Below the pieces are notes generated by a model. It did no database searches, was not told the origin of the DNA, and was given only the letters and a program-made list of their open reading frames with translations. Positions 36,177 to 49,469 of a stretch of DNA of 64,000 nt are shown in pieces. Made by a program: the position numbers and the translations under genes. Every line of letters starts with the position of its first letter. Position 1 is the first letter of the stretch. Origin of the DNA: Lama guanicoe (lineage: Eukaryota); the NCBI GenBank assembly GCA_013239625.1, contig MU054187.1:8342358-8406357 (forward strand), in the 5' to 3' direction.

Positions 36177-36764
36177 CTCCTATTTCAATGTCCTCGGGTG
36201 TATAGTATTTCTCCAGGGTATCCTGCCTCCTTTGAATAATTTCTGACCATCCTTGTATTTTAGCTAAGTTTTCTGTTGTCAAGTGTTTTTTAAGTTTCAT
36301 TCGAATGGATTTGATATCTCTGAGAAGCTCAATGGGCATGCCTGATACCAGTTGTGGGAATTTGTCATCAAATTTTGAAAGATCATCTCTTAATTCAGTA
36401 ATAAATGTCTTCCTATCACCCGCCAAATAATTCCCATGTAGACTTGTAAATGTCATCTCAAATATTACTGAGCTGCAGAATTTAAACAGGTCTGCTGTGT
36501 CCCAGCTTGTGGTTTTTAGGAGTTGGGGTTCAAAAACTTGTCTCAGACTCTGCATTGTGTTTTCCATGAGTGAGTCCAAGTGCTTCCCTTGTAAAAACTG
36601 GTAGGAGGTGTGAAGCTCGTCATTCATCTCATCATCCATTATCAACTTTTTGACGTCAAATACTCTCATTACTATTTTATTACTGAATATTCGAAAGCTT
36701 AATTTTTGATTTTTTATCACTGGCTGGTACTGGAAAGGGTCCAGGATAAATGTGATGTATTTTC
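36177..36764 (-). CDS. CYP7B1: CYP7B1 coding exon 3
   Basis: (G)[29 protein letters not shown]...[16 protein letters not shown] within track ORF 36136..36819. AG at 36765-36766, GT at 36175-36176; 588 bp. Confidence 0.97.
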
Positions 36765-37644
36765 CTAAAAGAAACAAATAAGAATATGAGCTTATGTGGC
36801 AGCAAAACAAAACAAACAAGAAATCTGAAATTTGAAAATATCTTAATCAAAATTAGAAAGACCTTAAGAATTAACATCTGGAAAGGCTGAAAAATTTAAT
36901 AAAAATCCATTTGATTCAAAATTCCGCTACGTCTCTTTTTAAAATGGGAGAAGGTGGGAAAACTCTAGAAGCTTGAAGTTAAATATTGTGAAATTCTTAA
37001 TGACTTTCAAGAAGATAATTTATTCTTCAAATTTTTATTTTAACCAAGTACCAAGATATTTAAATTATCTTTTAAATAGCCTCAAAGTTCCTTACTTAAA
37101 CACTTCATTTTCTCCCCAATAATACAAACAGGAAACAAACAAACACCTCAAATTGGCAAGATGCTCCCCTATTCCTGATTATTTACACTTCATAAAAGGC
37201 TTTTTCATATTTAGTACTATCTTGGCTTTGATTAGATACAATAATTTTAATTCAAATAAATGAAGATGTGGTATGAAGCAGGTACTCACAAATGAATGTC
37301 TAATTCAACACTAACAACAAATCACAAATACCAAAATTTTCATGTTTATAGATGAGAAAATAGTAGCTCAGGGAGATTTAATAACACATCCAAGGTCTTA
37401 TACTGATTTGTGACTAAAAGAGGATTCCAAACTAGAACCCATCCATTCGTGCTTTCACCCCTCCATTCATGAATTCATTCAACAGTTATTGACATTCAGA
37501 TAATCGGTTGGATCCTTTTCCTCCTAAGATATAAAGATGTCAAAGAATCACTGTATTGTTAGGGACAGTAACAGAGCAGAGGTGGGGACACAGTGTAAGG
37601 GAAGCAGGAAATGGCAACTGCTTCAGCCTGCCTGGAGTTATCAA

Positions 37645-37800
37645 CGAGGGTCCTCTGAGGTGGTGGCATCTGGTCTCATATGTCAGTCCAGATTTAGGGT
37701 GCTGGGTAAAAATACAGATTCCTGCCTGATTCCAATCCATAAGGTTTGGAGGTGGGACCTACAAGTCTCTCTTTCTGACAAGGGCCTCAAGTGATTCCAT
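37645..37800. mobile_element. MER5-like hAT DNA transposon fragment
   Basis: GGTGCTGGGTAAAAATACAGATTCCTG...GGAGGTGGGACCTACAAGTCTC...ACAAGGGCCTCAAGTGATTC. Confidence 0.6.
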
Positions 37801-40800
37801 AAGGAGGCACAAGGAGGAACAGAGTCATACTATGGCCTGACTCTCAAAGCTGGCAGAGATCTTGGAGATTCCTAGTTGCACCACACACAGAAATTAAATT
37901 CAGTTTGGTATAAGATTTAGGATAAAGTTTTGAATAATTTTCAACCTAATCCTAGGAATAGGTTACATGTTTTCGGTTTTGCAGTTTTAAAACATAATTT
38001 AAGTTTTTAATGTAAATGAACATACATGTGCTATAATTTTTTTCTACAAATCATATGACTTGAATTTTATTCACTCTATTTCCCCTTAATGTATTTAATA
38101 AGGTGGTTCAATGTAGGAATGAGGGGAAGGCTAAGTGACTGCTCATTCTGGTCAGATCCCAAGCTGTATTCATAAACTACACTGGAATTTTTACCCCCCC
38201 AGGGAGAGACTCAACTGGATTTGGGCATATTTTATGACACCTGCTTTACCATTGCAGCTTAATTAAATAAAACTGCCAGCATCTGCCTGGCAAATAATTG
38301 AAAAAAAGAGTCAATTCTCTTATTTTGCAAAAGATATAATTTTAGGCAAGGCTGTGTATTTTCACAGGCGGTGATTCATATTTTTCTACTTTCACTAAAT
38401 GATTTTGCTAAATATCTTTACAGAATTATTACTATTATTATTTAGAATTCTTTAAAATTAGTCACTAACATTCAGAGAATGTATATAAGGTTCAGTGTGT
38501 AAACACATTTTAGACAATATTTTGAAATTTTCTTACTGATTTTCCACATTCATCAAAACCTAAGTGGAAAGACAAAACTACATTCAGCCATGGCAGCATT
38601 AAGATACTGGCCACTGGCCTACTGAAGGAGCGGTTTCATTTCTTTATGTAGAATTCATCACAAATACACATGTATTCCCTCTCTCGCCCTTTCTTTCTCT
38701 CTCCTCGGGGGTAAGGATACGGAACAAAACTATGAGGTTAATTTCAAATAAAAAGTAAAAGCTAATGTGGAAAGCTGTGTCTGGTTTTATTAATCGCCAG
38801 TATTATTAATATTTTTATAAGCCAATTATTAATACTTTAAAATAAGCAGTTGTTGCATATAGGTTCTTTAAAGAAATCATTACTGATTGGTTTAAAGCAA
38901 ACTGTAAATAAAATTCTCACTCTTTTCAAGGCTCTTCACACTTCAGGATCTGTATTTTCTTTTTTCTCATTCTTAATTTTCTTCAACATCAGGGCATTAT
39001 GTTTTACCTACTACCTTTCCGAATAAGATGTGGATTGCTGAGTAAGACATTTTGATTTTCTAGGTTTTACTTTTCAAGTGGGTTTGGAAGTACTAATCAC
39101 ACAGGAGATGCTATCTGGCTTTCCAACTTTCAATCTTCAGTATAAACAATTTAAGCTAAGTTTTCCAAAATTAATATTAATTTAAACCATCTGTCCACCA
39201 TCTGCTAATGTGAGATGCAAAACCAGAGTTTCTTTGTAATCCTTAATCAGGCAGTTAAGAAAACACATATACATTCATAAAATGAATTTAAATTTCTTAA
39301 CAAAGGACATCTGAAAAGTTATTCTAAAGGCCGTGTATTCTTGGAGCAAAATTAACTTTTGCTCCAGTGTGGTTTCATGTAAATGAATGCCAAGTGTCAA
39401 CAGGCAAGTTGCCTAGTTCACAAAGCTCACAAGATAGAAACAATATCTTTTGCTGTGTTTTCAAAAGAGAAAAGAATGCTCTTGGCAGTTGATAGGAAAT
39501 ATTGATTTAAAGAATTTCAGGGTTTGCATTTGTCTAAAATATAAATGTCAAAATGAGACTCACTTGTGCAAAAAAAAATCATCCTTTTGAGCAGTAAATT
39601 TGAAATGGGGTACAAATTTTTAATGTATTTTTTGCCAATAATGTCATTCTCTCTCCTTTTTAGGAGCTGACTGGGCCTAAAGATATTAACTCCAGCATTC
39701 CTGAATAACACGCATATGATCCTTTACTAACCTAACAGCCTTTACACTTCCTTCAAAATTACTTCTTTTAGGGAGGTGCAGCTACCTGATGCCAAGTATT
39801 TCAGATAGTTGATGCTGTACAACTGAGGGAATTCAGAACAACTATTTGACTATTTGGAATAGAAATGCCCAGTCAACAAATATGAGATAAATTTGAATTT
39901 TAAAGAAATTTTCCGTAACTATAAGCTTTTAGTGTCCATGTTTAGCTGCTTCTTCAGTAGACATTTTTTTAAATCTGAAGCTGAAAATATCGGTCGGAAG
40001 AGTGGACTATGAACCAACTTTTTACTGTACGAGGATGGCCACATTCCACGCTCCCCAAGCTCTTATTAGTGAGATTTCACTAGCTGTTGACAATGACGTG
40101 CTGTGGTGCTTCGCGGGGGTGACATCCAGGGAAAATGACTCCGCCGCACCACCACACAAAACCAATTAGAGAACTATTTTCTGCGACAGGTCATGAATTT
40201 ACGTGGTTTCCCATGAAAAGATGTACCTTTTAATTTCTTGATTAAGATGACATCCATGTCCCTTGAGACTTTGGGGGATGACAATCATTTGCTCATCATG
40301 CAAAAACATACACTCACTGAAATCATATTATAGGACAAGGGTGGAAGACTCTGCTCCTCACTTCACATTTGCCAAATGAGCTACTTTGCAAACTGATCAT
40401 TTGAACCACATACATTAAAAGGATTTCTTGACAGGAATTTATTCAAACTCTAGAAAGAAGCCAAAGGAAAGTAGCAGGGCATATTCAACTACGGTTGTCT
40501 ACCGGTTGAGTTTAAAAGCATAACCATGGTCAAATTATTTAGACATTAGGAATTCAGTAAGTATTTCAGTATCTAAGATTAAGACATCAAGTGTCAGCAG
40601 AAATGGGTTGTTTTTTGAAAAGTGAATAAAATTCACTGCTTAATCATCTTAGGTTCTTTTTGTATAATGTATTAAAAAGGAAAACCGAAATTTTCAATTA
40701 TTTGTTGTATCTACTCATTGGAACATAAGGTTTAATTTTTTCAGGTAAGGCTGACTTTTTTTTAAGTGAAGAATATAGTTTTATATTATGAAGCCAAAAG

Positions 40801-40879
40801 CTTGTTTAGAACAGAAGCACCAGCGATGGCCTTTATTTGTATTATAGTATCTCATCAGCTGTAAAGTACTGGGGATTCC

Positions 40880-42420
40880 CTCATCACATAGTTATTGTGA
40901 ATCAATCAGTGCTGAGCTCTGAACTAAATGTTGGCAATAGAGGAGCTAGAAAGTAGCGAAGGGAAATAGACATGTGAATTAGCAATAAACTCACAATTTA
41001 TTAAATGCTACGATGGAAGTGATACTGGGAGTAACTGGAGCCTAGAAAGGAAGCATCACATATAACACGGGGAGGGAAAGGGTCAGTGAAGGCTTTTGGG
41101 AAGAAGTGGTATGCGATGATGGCCTCAAGCGATGAATCCATGCCAGTCACCTTTCAAGGATGACTCAAAAAGAGTAGAACAGCACTCTGGCAGGAAGAAC
41201 CACAAGAGAAAACAGAGGCACAAGAGGGCACAGTGTGAGGAAGAAATTTCAAGCAACTTAGCGTATTGATGGGGCATTAAGCACATGGCCAGGAGTAGTA
41301 AGAGATGGGGCTGGAGAGCGAGGTGGAGCCTGGGCCTTCGGGACCTTTATGAGGATCATGCTGTATGCTACTATATCTCCATTTCTATGATGCAGGATTT
41401 TTTTCCCATTTAATTCTTCTGAAATCAGAGTGCATACAATTGCTGTTGGAAGCGACTTGCCAGCTGCCAAGCAAAGGAGTAAGTTGTGATGAAACAAATA
41501 CTGTGTGTTTCATGGGAGAGCTAAACTGTACTGACCATTTCTTCCAATGGATCGTTCTTTTCTCCCAATGATAAGGCAATGGTAGTTTCAAAATGAAGTT
41601 TTCTAGGTACAAAAGATTGCTTTGGATGCTCAGCAAAGCAATTACAGTAAGAAGAAATCACCTAAATTCCTTAGGAATAGAACATAAAATTCTAAGGCTG
41701 ATTACAGAAGGATAAAAGGGGTTGAGCAAAGAAAGACACATATGTAAATATGACCCAGATGAGGAACATTCAGAGTTGGCAAAAGACCTAGAAGGTGTGG
41801 TGTCAAAAGGATGAAGGAAGAGAATGTTTTGAGAAGGAATGAGAGATTCTGGTTGTCAACCAGCTAGAGAGGTCCAGTCAGGCGAGGGCCCACTGCTGAC
41901 CTCTGCAGGCAGAAGGTCTCTTAGAGCTAAGCAACCAGGGTCAGTGAACGTAGGCAATGCTCCTGAAAAATCTGAATGCAAAAGAGAGAGAGAGAGAAAA
42001 GAAAAAAAAAAAAGTGAAAAGTAACTAGAAGGAGAAGATAGGAAAGCTTCAGCATGGTTATAAGCTAAGGGTAAGGACCCAAGAGAGAAATAATGAAGAT
42101 ACACATGTGAGGAAGAAATAATGCAACATCAGCCCAGAGGAGGCAGGAAGTGAGGACCATGGGGACAGGTAAATGGATGGTCTTGAACATTCTTTGAAAT
42201 TGGAGCAAAGGGGGAAGGACAGAGGTGAAACACAGGTACACTTGGTAGATACACAGGGATCTAGGTGAGACAGAGATGCCTTCAATGTTCTCAGGAAGGA
42301 CAGGGAACTGTTACGAGAGCCCAGTGAGAGATGGAGAGCTGGAACACAGCCTTCCTGCCCTCCCACCTGCACACCCAACTAGAAGTTAGAGGCAAAGGGG
42401 TGTAGATAATCTATGGTGTA
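40880..42420 (-). mobile_element. Degenerate LINE-2 fragments
   Basis: Purine-rich L2-like text (GGTCAGTGAAGGCTTTTGGGAAGAAGTG; GTGGTGTCAAAAGGATGAAGGAAGAGAATGTTTTGAGAAGGAATGAG), probably fragmented. Confidence 0.55.
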
Positions 42421-42494
42421 ATTAATGATCAGCCTTCCGGGATGTAGACTGCAGATGAAAGTGAAGGAAAGGAATGGCTAGCCCAGGAGATAAG

Positions 42495-42955
42495 CTGATA
42501 GGGAAGACCGTGTGCAAACGTGGCTACAATAAATTCCTTCTGACTTTCTACATGTGCCCCTTTGCAGTGTGACACTGCCACTCTGCCCAGGAGGGAGTGG
42601 ACATCTGTTTTCCCCACCCTTGAGTCTGGGTTGGCCTCTGACTTGCTCGTACCAATAGAAAGTGGTGGAAGTGAGGTTTTGCAACATCAGAGGCTAGACT
42701 TCAAGAGGCTTTGCACATTTTCCTCTCTCCCTTCTGAAATACTAGCTGTCATCTAAGGACATCTTCCTGAGGATGAAACATCATGCAGACAAGGAGGCCC
42801 CAACAGGCATGTGATGAGGCCACCTTGGGCCATTTAGCCTCAACCAAGCACCCAGATGACTCAAGCCACACCAGAGACCCAGGTGAGACCAACTGTTGTC
42901 TGAAGGCATCAAGCTTGAGGAAGACTTGTTATGCAGCCGAGGAATAGCTGATGCA
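42495..42955 (+). mobile_element. MaLR solo LTR (MLT1G/H-like)
   Basis: CCCCTTTGCAGTGTGAC...TTCCCCACCCTTGAGTCTGGGTTGGCCTCTGACTTGCTCGTACCAATAGAA...TTGTTATGCAGC...TAGCTGATGCA. Confidence 0.75.
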
Positions 42956-43134
42956 GCTGGGTAGCACAGAGCTCGTAAAGGAGGATGAGCTGAGAATGTC
43001 CTAGCTTCTTCTCTCAGCCCAATGATGCTGGGATATGTAGTTATCCTGCAGTGGGCTTTTTTTCCACCCTTGTTTTATAAACATTTTACTGAAGTTAGAA
43101 TCATAACAAATATTTTTAAATTAAAAATACATTC

Positions 43135-43500
43135 TAGATCAGTGGTTGCTAGGGACTCAGAAGGGAGGGGAAGAGGAATGAATACGTGGAACACAGGAGA
43201 TTTTTTAGGGCACTGAAACTGTTCTGTGGGATACTGTAATGGCAGATACATGACGTCATACATTTGTCAAAACCCAAGGAACTGGACAACACAAAGAGTG
43301 GGCCCTAATGTAAACCACAGACTTCTAATGATGGATCAACATTAGCTCATCAGTTGCAACAGATACCATGTTGACATAAGATGTTAATAATAGGGGAAAC
43401 AATGATCAGGGAAAGAGGGGCTATATGGGAGCTGTCTGCACTGTCTGATCCACTTTCTGTAAACCTAAAACTGCTCTGCAAAATTAAGTCCATTAACACA
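43135..43500 (+). mobile_element. L1MC 3' end fragment
   Basis: AGATCAGTGGTTGCTAGGG...CATTTGTCAAAACCCA...GATGTTAATAATAGGGGAAAC...TTTCTGTAAACCTAAAACTGCTC. Confidence 0.85.
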
Positions 43501-43793
43501 TTCTAGCTTTTTGTAAAACAATTCTGAAAGGCAAGCCACACCAAAGCAAATGACAGGTGATGCTAACAGGAGGTGGGTGGGGTCTCTAGGTGCCTTCAAG
43601 AGAATTCTATTATTTGGTTGTTTTTTAACATGAGGATTACTATACTCAGAAATATAGCTTTCTTGTGCATTAGTCTACAAATGAAACAATAAGGAACAAA
43701 TATTCCATATTTTGTCTAGAGAAAAAGATAAAGACATTAAAGAACAGGTGAGAATTATGATACAGGTAAGGAGGGGCGAGAAGTGCTGCTTAC

Positions 43794-43930
43794 CCCCAAG
43801 GAGAAGAGTGAAAGTATCACCATACTGCTTTTGGAGAGTAGCCATGAAACCTATGGGGTCTTTCGCTAATTTCAGGGCTTCTCCAAAGTAAGGGAGCCAG
43901 CCTGTTACCAGTGGAGGCTCACCAGGTCTC
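43794..43930 (-). CDS. CYP7B1: CYP7B1 coding exon 2
   Basis: Not in the ORF track; translated by hand: [45 protein letters not shown](G), the P450 proline-rich hinge. Polypyrimidine tract and AG at 43931-43932, GTAAG donor at 43793; 137 bp. Exon 1 not found in the window. Confidence 0.96.
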
Positions 43931-46900
43931 CTACAAGAAAAAAAAAAAAGAGAGAGAAAAGAAAAGAAAAAATTAAATCATTCTTATTTTAATACATGTG
44001 GGTCACTCATCCAGTCTAGAAGTGAACTGGATGAATCACACAGCTTTTTTCAATTCTTTTATTCATTGATTCTAATATAATCATAGACATGGATTTATTG
44101 AATCCCTCCAGTATGGCTCTGGGGTAGACAGTTTCAATTCATAGCTTTTGGTGAGCAACTTTTTGAGAAATTGTGTGTTGTGAGGCCCAAATGGTTAGCT
44201 GAAATGACAGACCTGTTCGGTAAACATTTTGTGTTTAGGAGCACGTGCTGGGCTCTGGGTGTTAGATGTCAGGCAGCTTAGCTGCCGAAGGAAAGCTCTT
44301 GTTAACAGATGTTAATCATACTGGAACTACATAATGAGAAGAGGCAATTATTAGTGTTGAAAAATCTTTTGTACTGTTCAGAACAATAAAACCTTAACAT
44401 TATTTCCATGAAGTGTGTTTTGTCATACTCTTTTATGAAGACTTTTATTCAAACTCCAAATAAATAGGAATATTTGTTAAATTTTACAAGATAACTTTTT
44501 TTGAAGATATGAAGTATGTACAATGAAACACTGAAATACTGAAATAAAAAGCAAGTTTCTTCTTTTTTTGTCCTATAATCCTAGCAAAACCAGACTGCAA
44601 AATTTCTTCCTAGTCATTTATTTGGTGAACTCAATCTGATTTAAAGTTTAAAAAAATCCAAAGCCATTTTATCCTAGCAGGGATTAAAACAAATATTCAA
44701 GAGAACTCTGATGATTCTCTACCCCATCTGTGAAGATGACTTATACTACACGCAGTACAACGCATTTTGATTAATCACAAGATATTACTAGCTCAGATCT
44801 AATCAAAGATCAAGATTATGCTCATACTCACGACGGACTTCTATGTGACTTTATTAACCTATCAGATTTTATTTTCCTACAACCCAATATGGTAGAATTA
44901 GACTTAAACAAAAAAGTAAGAAATATTGGATCTTCTAGAGGAAAAAATAAACTAAAACAAAATAAATCCAAAGTGTGATAGAAATAAAGGAAATCTGTAT
45001 CAAAACTTTGCTTTCTGTCTTTAGAGGACAATTTATCTTCATAGTAATTTACAAAATATATGCTGTTGTTTAAATACATATACTTATGAATAGGAAGACA
45101 TGAAACGTTACATAGAAATGTGTGTCTTATTCTTTGTCCCATTCCCCATTATTTTCTTGAAAGCAACCTTAGACATGGAGATTTGCTTTTTTGAGAAATA
45201 TAAAAGTGTACCAAGAAACCACTGTAACAGTTAATTTTATATCCAAAGATTAATAAAAAAAAGAAGAGATTGCACATATGATTGTAGAGGAGAATTTTCA
45301 AGTTAGAAATCCTCAAGTCAGAAAGGCTATTCATCAAGGACTCTTCCAAAATTCACAAGTGATCTAGTTCACAAAATTTCCTTCAAAATATTAACTCTCT
45401 TCCTCGGTCTACTTGTACTCTGTTTTGCTTCTTGTTGCTTGAACGTTGCATCGTGACAAAGATTTTGAAAGGCTTTTTGTCATATCATAATTTAATGCAA
45501 CTAATTTCATCCTCTATGTTCTGTCACTCAGTCAAAAGCTGTAGTCTTCAAAGGATTTCTGGGAGGATGGAGCTGAGAAACCTAAGAGAAATAGGGACTT
45601 AATGCTCAAAGTAGGGAGACACGTGAGAAAGCTATGCCATTGTTACAAAGATGAGGGGGTCATCATTTCTTACAGCTGGGCTCATTTTGGCAGAAATAAG
45701 ATTCAAAGTATTAAACACCATGTCACCACTCTGCATATTTTTCAGGAAAAAAATACAGTGCTAGTTCAACTTATGACCCATCGAAGACAGATAACAGAAA
45801 CCTGTCTTCATCAGTGTATTTGTAAAAATTATTTAGGGAGGAAAGACAGCACCATAATGATCCAGAAAGACCTGCTGACATCTGGCGCAGCGCAAATACT
45901 GCTATTTGTCTCTCTCATGCTCTGCGACTTTGAAAATGAAATACTGACTGCTCACTGCTGAGTGAGGGGAGAGGATGCTTAGTGCTCACTGGGATGATCA
46001 CGTTCCAAAGCTTAAGAGAAATAGGTCCGGAAGCAGTGGTGAGTAACTAAAAAACCCCTCAAAATCTATGGTCCGTATCCCTATTTTTCCCACCCAAACA
46101 ATACAGACTTCCTCAAATATCCTCTTTACTATTTAAAAGGCTGTAAGGACATATCTTGTACATTACACAAATTTAAGCTTACAAAGGTTCTCAGTGATTA
46201 AACCCAAGTTCTGTGCATAGACCGCTGCATCATCGCTCTCAGGTTCTTCTGTACCAGTTGCAGGCTACATCTTAAAGCTTATACAAAGTGTCAAGTATGG
46301 TCCACATTTATCTGGAAGTAAAGAGCGGAGAAGAATCTAAATACATTAAGTAGCTGTAAAATTTAAAAGATATTTAAAACACTTTCCTTTGGTTAAAAGG
46401 AGGCACATAAAATTAAAAAGAGTGCACCAACACAGAATCCTTGGTTTCTAATGATATATGAACACCTTTAGTTAGATAAATGGGTAAAAGACCTGACCTT
46501 TCACACATTGTTCCCCTAGATGTTTAAAGCCCAGCGTTTTCCAAAGCAATCTATACTTATCAGAGTGGTTTCTTCTTTTCCATTTTTCCTGTGATCATTC
46601 TAGGCTAGGAGTCCCGGTTACTGCAAGCATCTCCTGAGTAAGTGGTTAAGTAATCTTGATACACGCACAGCAATTCAGAAAAAATAAAATAATGTGTTGA
46701 TTAGAAGTTCTTGAAGACTTAATATATTGGTATCAGGTCACCTAGTATCTACAACAGTGCCTTAACATTTCTTTTCCCTAACTAGTAAGATTTTCTTTGT
46801 GTGTGTGTGTGTGTTTAAAATTTCAGAAAGCACAGCTGAAGTGCACTGCAGTATCTGATGATAACACAGACCTTTGGAACAAACTGTGGTTAAGCAAGGC

Positions 46901-48145
46901 ACTTTTGCAGCTGCTGTTTGATGCTTCCTTGACCTACTCTGGAAACTACTTAACTGGAAAATGTAACTTGCTGCACAGTGTCACTCAGAACTGTATTCTT
47001 GGGACATTCTCTATTTCTCCACTCTTTTCTGGCTCCAACGCAGGCACCAGGACACCTGAAAATGTTCCTGCAATTCTAGATAGTTAAGAATCAACATGCT
47101 CTTCAGGATATTGGGGAGAGGGGGCATCACTGCAGGGCTGTGGATAGAAGGTCCCTAAAGAGGCATGTGTGTGAGACGAGGCTGAGTCTTGGTGCACCAG
47201 CAGCCTCAGTGGGAGCCCAGGTCGGGCCAAGGAGGCACGTGTATCGGTTTCTCTGGAAATTAGGTGAGTTACAACCAACTGAGGCACTTTAGTAAGGAAG
47301 ACAAAGGTGAAGGACCACCCCCAAACCCTAGGCAGAAGGCACCCCGGGAAGCCAAAGATGACCGACATGAACATCTGTGCAGCAGGACTCACCAGATCAA
47401 CAGAAAGGAAGGTGGAGGGAGAACCTCAAGTCTCATTTAATCTGTACACAAATGGGACCAATTCTTAAACAAGAAGTGACCAAACCACATTTGTCTGGAA
47501 ATATTCAGTGTTTTCTGCCATTAGCAGAAAGAGGGGCTCAGAAATTTGGGTGCAGTTGTAAAGAACTGAAGTTACATTTCTGTACATCTGACTCACCCTA
47601 GGAAATTTTTAAATTGTATGGAGACATTTAGTTTCTTCACCTAAAAATGATAATAATAATACTAAACTTAGAGATACACCGATCGAGCTGAGAAAGTATT
47701 TGAAAGTGGCTGGTACACAGAGCAGGATTTGTTTTCCCTGCTATTTGTGTGTGATAGGCAGTGCACTGAAGTGGTTTTGCTCAGTCTGAGTGTGCTTCTT
47801 ACAGAAAGAACAGCCTTCATTCACAAGAACAGCTTCACTGGGTGCTGTGTTTATGATGAAGTTCTCTGGGCATGGCCTGGTCTAAGAGTTAATGAAATGT
47901 CTCTGCGTAAGATGCAAAGAGGAATTCCGCGGGTAGGGGGGCTGCAGTTGGGCACTAAGGAGCAAGAGAAATAAACGAAGTGGAAGGACAGAGGACTAAA
48001 TAGTGAGGCTATATCATGGTGAGCTGGGACCCGGAGAAGGACCCTAACAGGACAAATGACACAGTGGGGGTAGGTTGCTTATAGGAACACGCATGACGAA
48101 TCTTCAGCTCTAGGAAGTTGTTTGTTGGCCTGGGAACCACATGGC

Positions 48146-48420
48146 TCCTTCCTTCCTTCTTTCTTTCCTCCTTTCCTCCTTTCCTTCCTTCCTTCCCTCC
48201 CTCCCTCCTTCCCTCTCTCCCTCCTTTCTTTCTCTCTCTTTCTTCCTTCTCTCTTTCTTCCTTCTCTCTCTCTTTCCCTCTCTTCCTTCCTCCCTCCCTC
48301 CCTCTCTCTTTCTCTCTTTCTTTCTTTCTCTTTCTTCCTTCCTTCCTTCCTTCCTTTCTTTCTTTCTTTCCTTCTTTCTTTCCTTCTTTCATTCTTTCTT
48401 TCTTCCTTTCTTTTCTTTCC
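48146..48420. repeat. Compound CT-rich microsatellite (CCTT/CTTT/CCCT)n
   Basis: ~275 bp almost pure polypyrimidine tract, read directly. Confidence 0.95.
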
Positions 48421-49469
48421 AGACTATTCAGATAATATTATAACAAAGAGTTATACATTTGTATTAGCAATACATTAAAAATGCAGTATAAAATATCTGA
48501 TGGTTCTCTGGTGTGTGACAGTGTAATTAGAAATTATTAGGTCTTCTGAAGTTTGCATATCAAGTTCTAATGATATTTCTTATGTTTAAAAAAATTATAC
48601 AGTCGTCCCTTGGTAAATTCTAGACAGCAGTTCACTGTGGAGTAAATTTATTAATCAAGAGCAAAAGTCTGCTACAGAAATTCAGGAGTCTCAGTATACT
48701 CCATATATGTGACTCTCTACTTTAAGCCCAGGGCTTAGAATGCCCAGTAAAGTAATTAGCAACACTTACTGAGTGTTTAATATGCGCAGGGAACAGCATT
48801 AGGTGCGTTAGCAAACTATAAAGTGTCAGAGTGATTCCAAATTACACCCACATGGCCTTTTTCACCTGAAAACATTCAGTATGAGTCTGTCATACACACC
48901 ATGTACACTCATATCAACGGTAGTAGAGAAACTGGAGGAATCAGGGCAGCGTCCAGCCGAGGGACTCCACTGGGTGCAGGGAGCGGGTCAAGGACGGCGG
49001 ATGCGGGAGGCAAAACACAGCGGGAAGACTGGGAGCCAGAGGACACTGGCTCCTCATCCAGCTCTGTGGAGAATCCCGTGGGTATTAAAACGGGACCTTG
49101 GACTTCCCACCCCATGTGGGATAGAAATTTCACACACGTTTAAAGTGTATGTGTAAATAGAAGTACTTGGATGTCAAATGATTTAGTGATCTCAGCACCT
49201 GGAGAACCTGGCTCAGCTGAAGAGCTATGATCTGAGAAAGGTAAGCGATAGAAAGGAATTCCAACTGAAGTCTGTTTCTTTTATCACTGAGTTCAGTAGC
49301 CCCACTTTGACACCTTGCAAATCACAAGTTTTCAACAACTGTTTACTGTTTGAGGAAGAATACAAACCTAGTGAGTTTACAGACAAGAGTCTGATTTCAC
49401 CATTCGAATCCATCATTAATTAACCCATTATTAATTAATTAATCAAATCAATTAATTATTATTTTGTTC

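Noticed and set aside
36136..36819. ORF-track starts and ends for CYP7B1 pieces (also 35472..35687 and 25098..25370)
   Set aside because: They run into introns or start mid-exon; true limits were set from splice sites.
17425..43930. Possibility that CYP7B1 is a pseudogene given its divergence
   Set aside because: Exons 2-6 splice in frame with canonical GT-AG and no premature stop; ExxR and the heme Cys motif are intact.
48009..48478. Several 100-127 aa ORFs
   Set aside because: Translations of the CT microsatellite.
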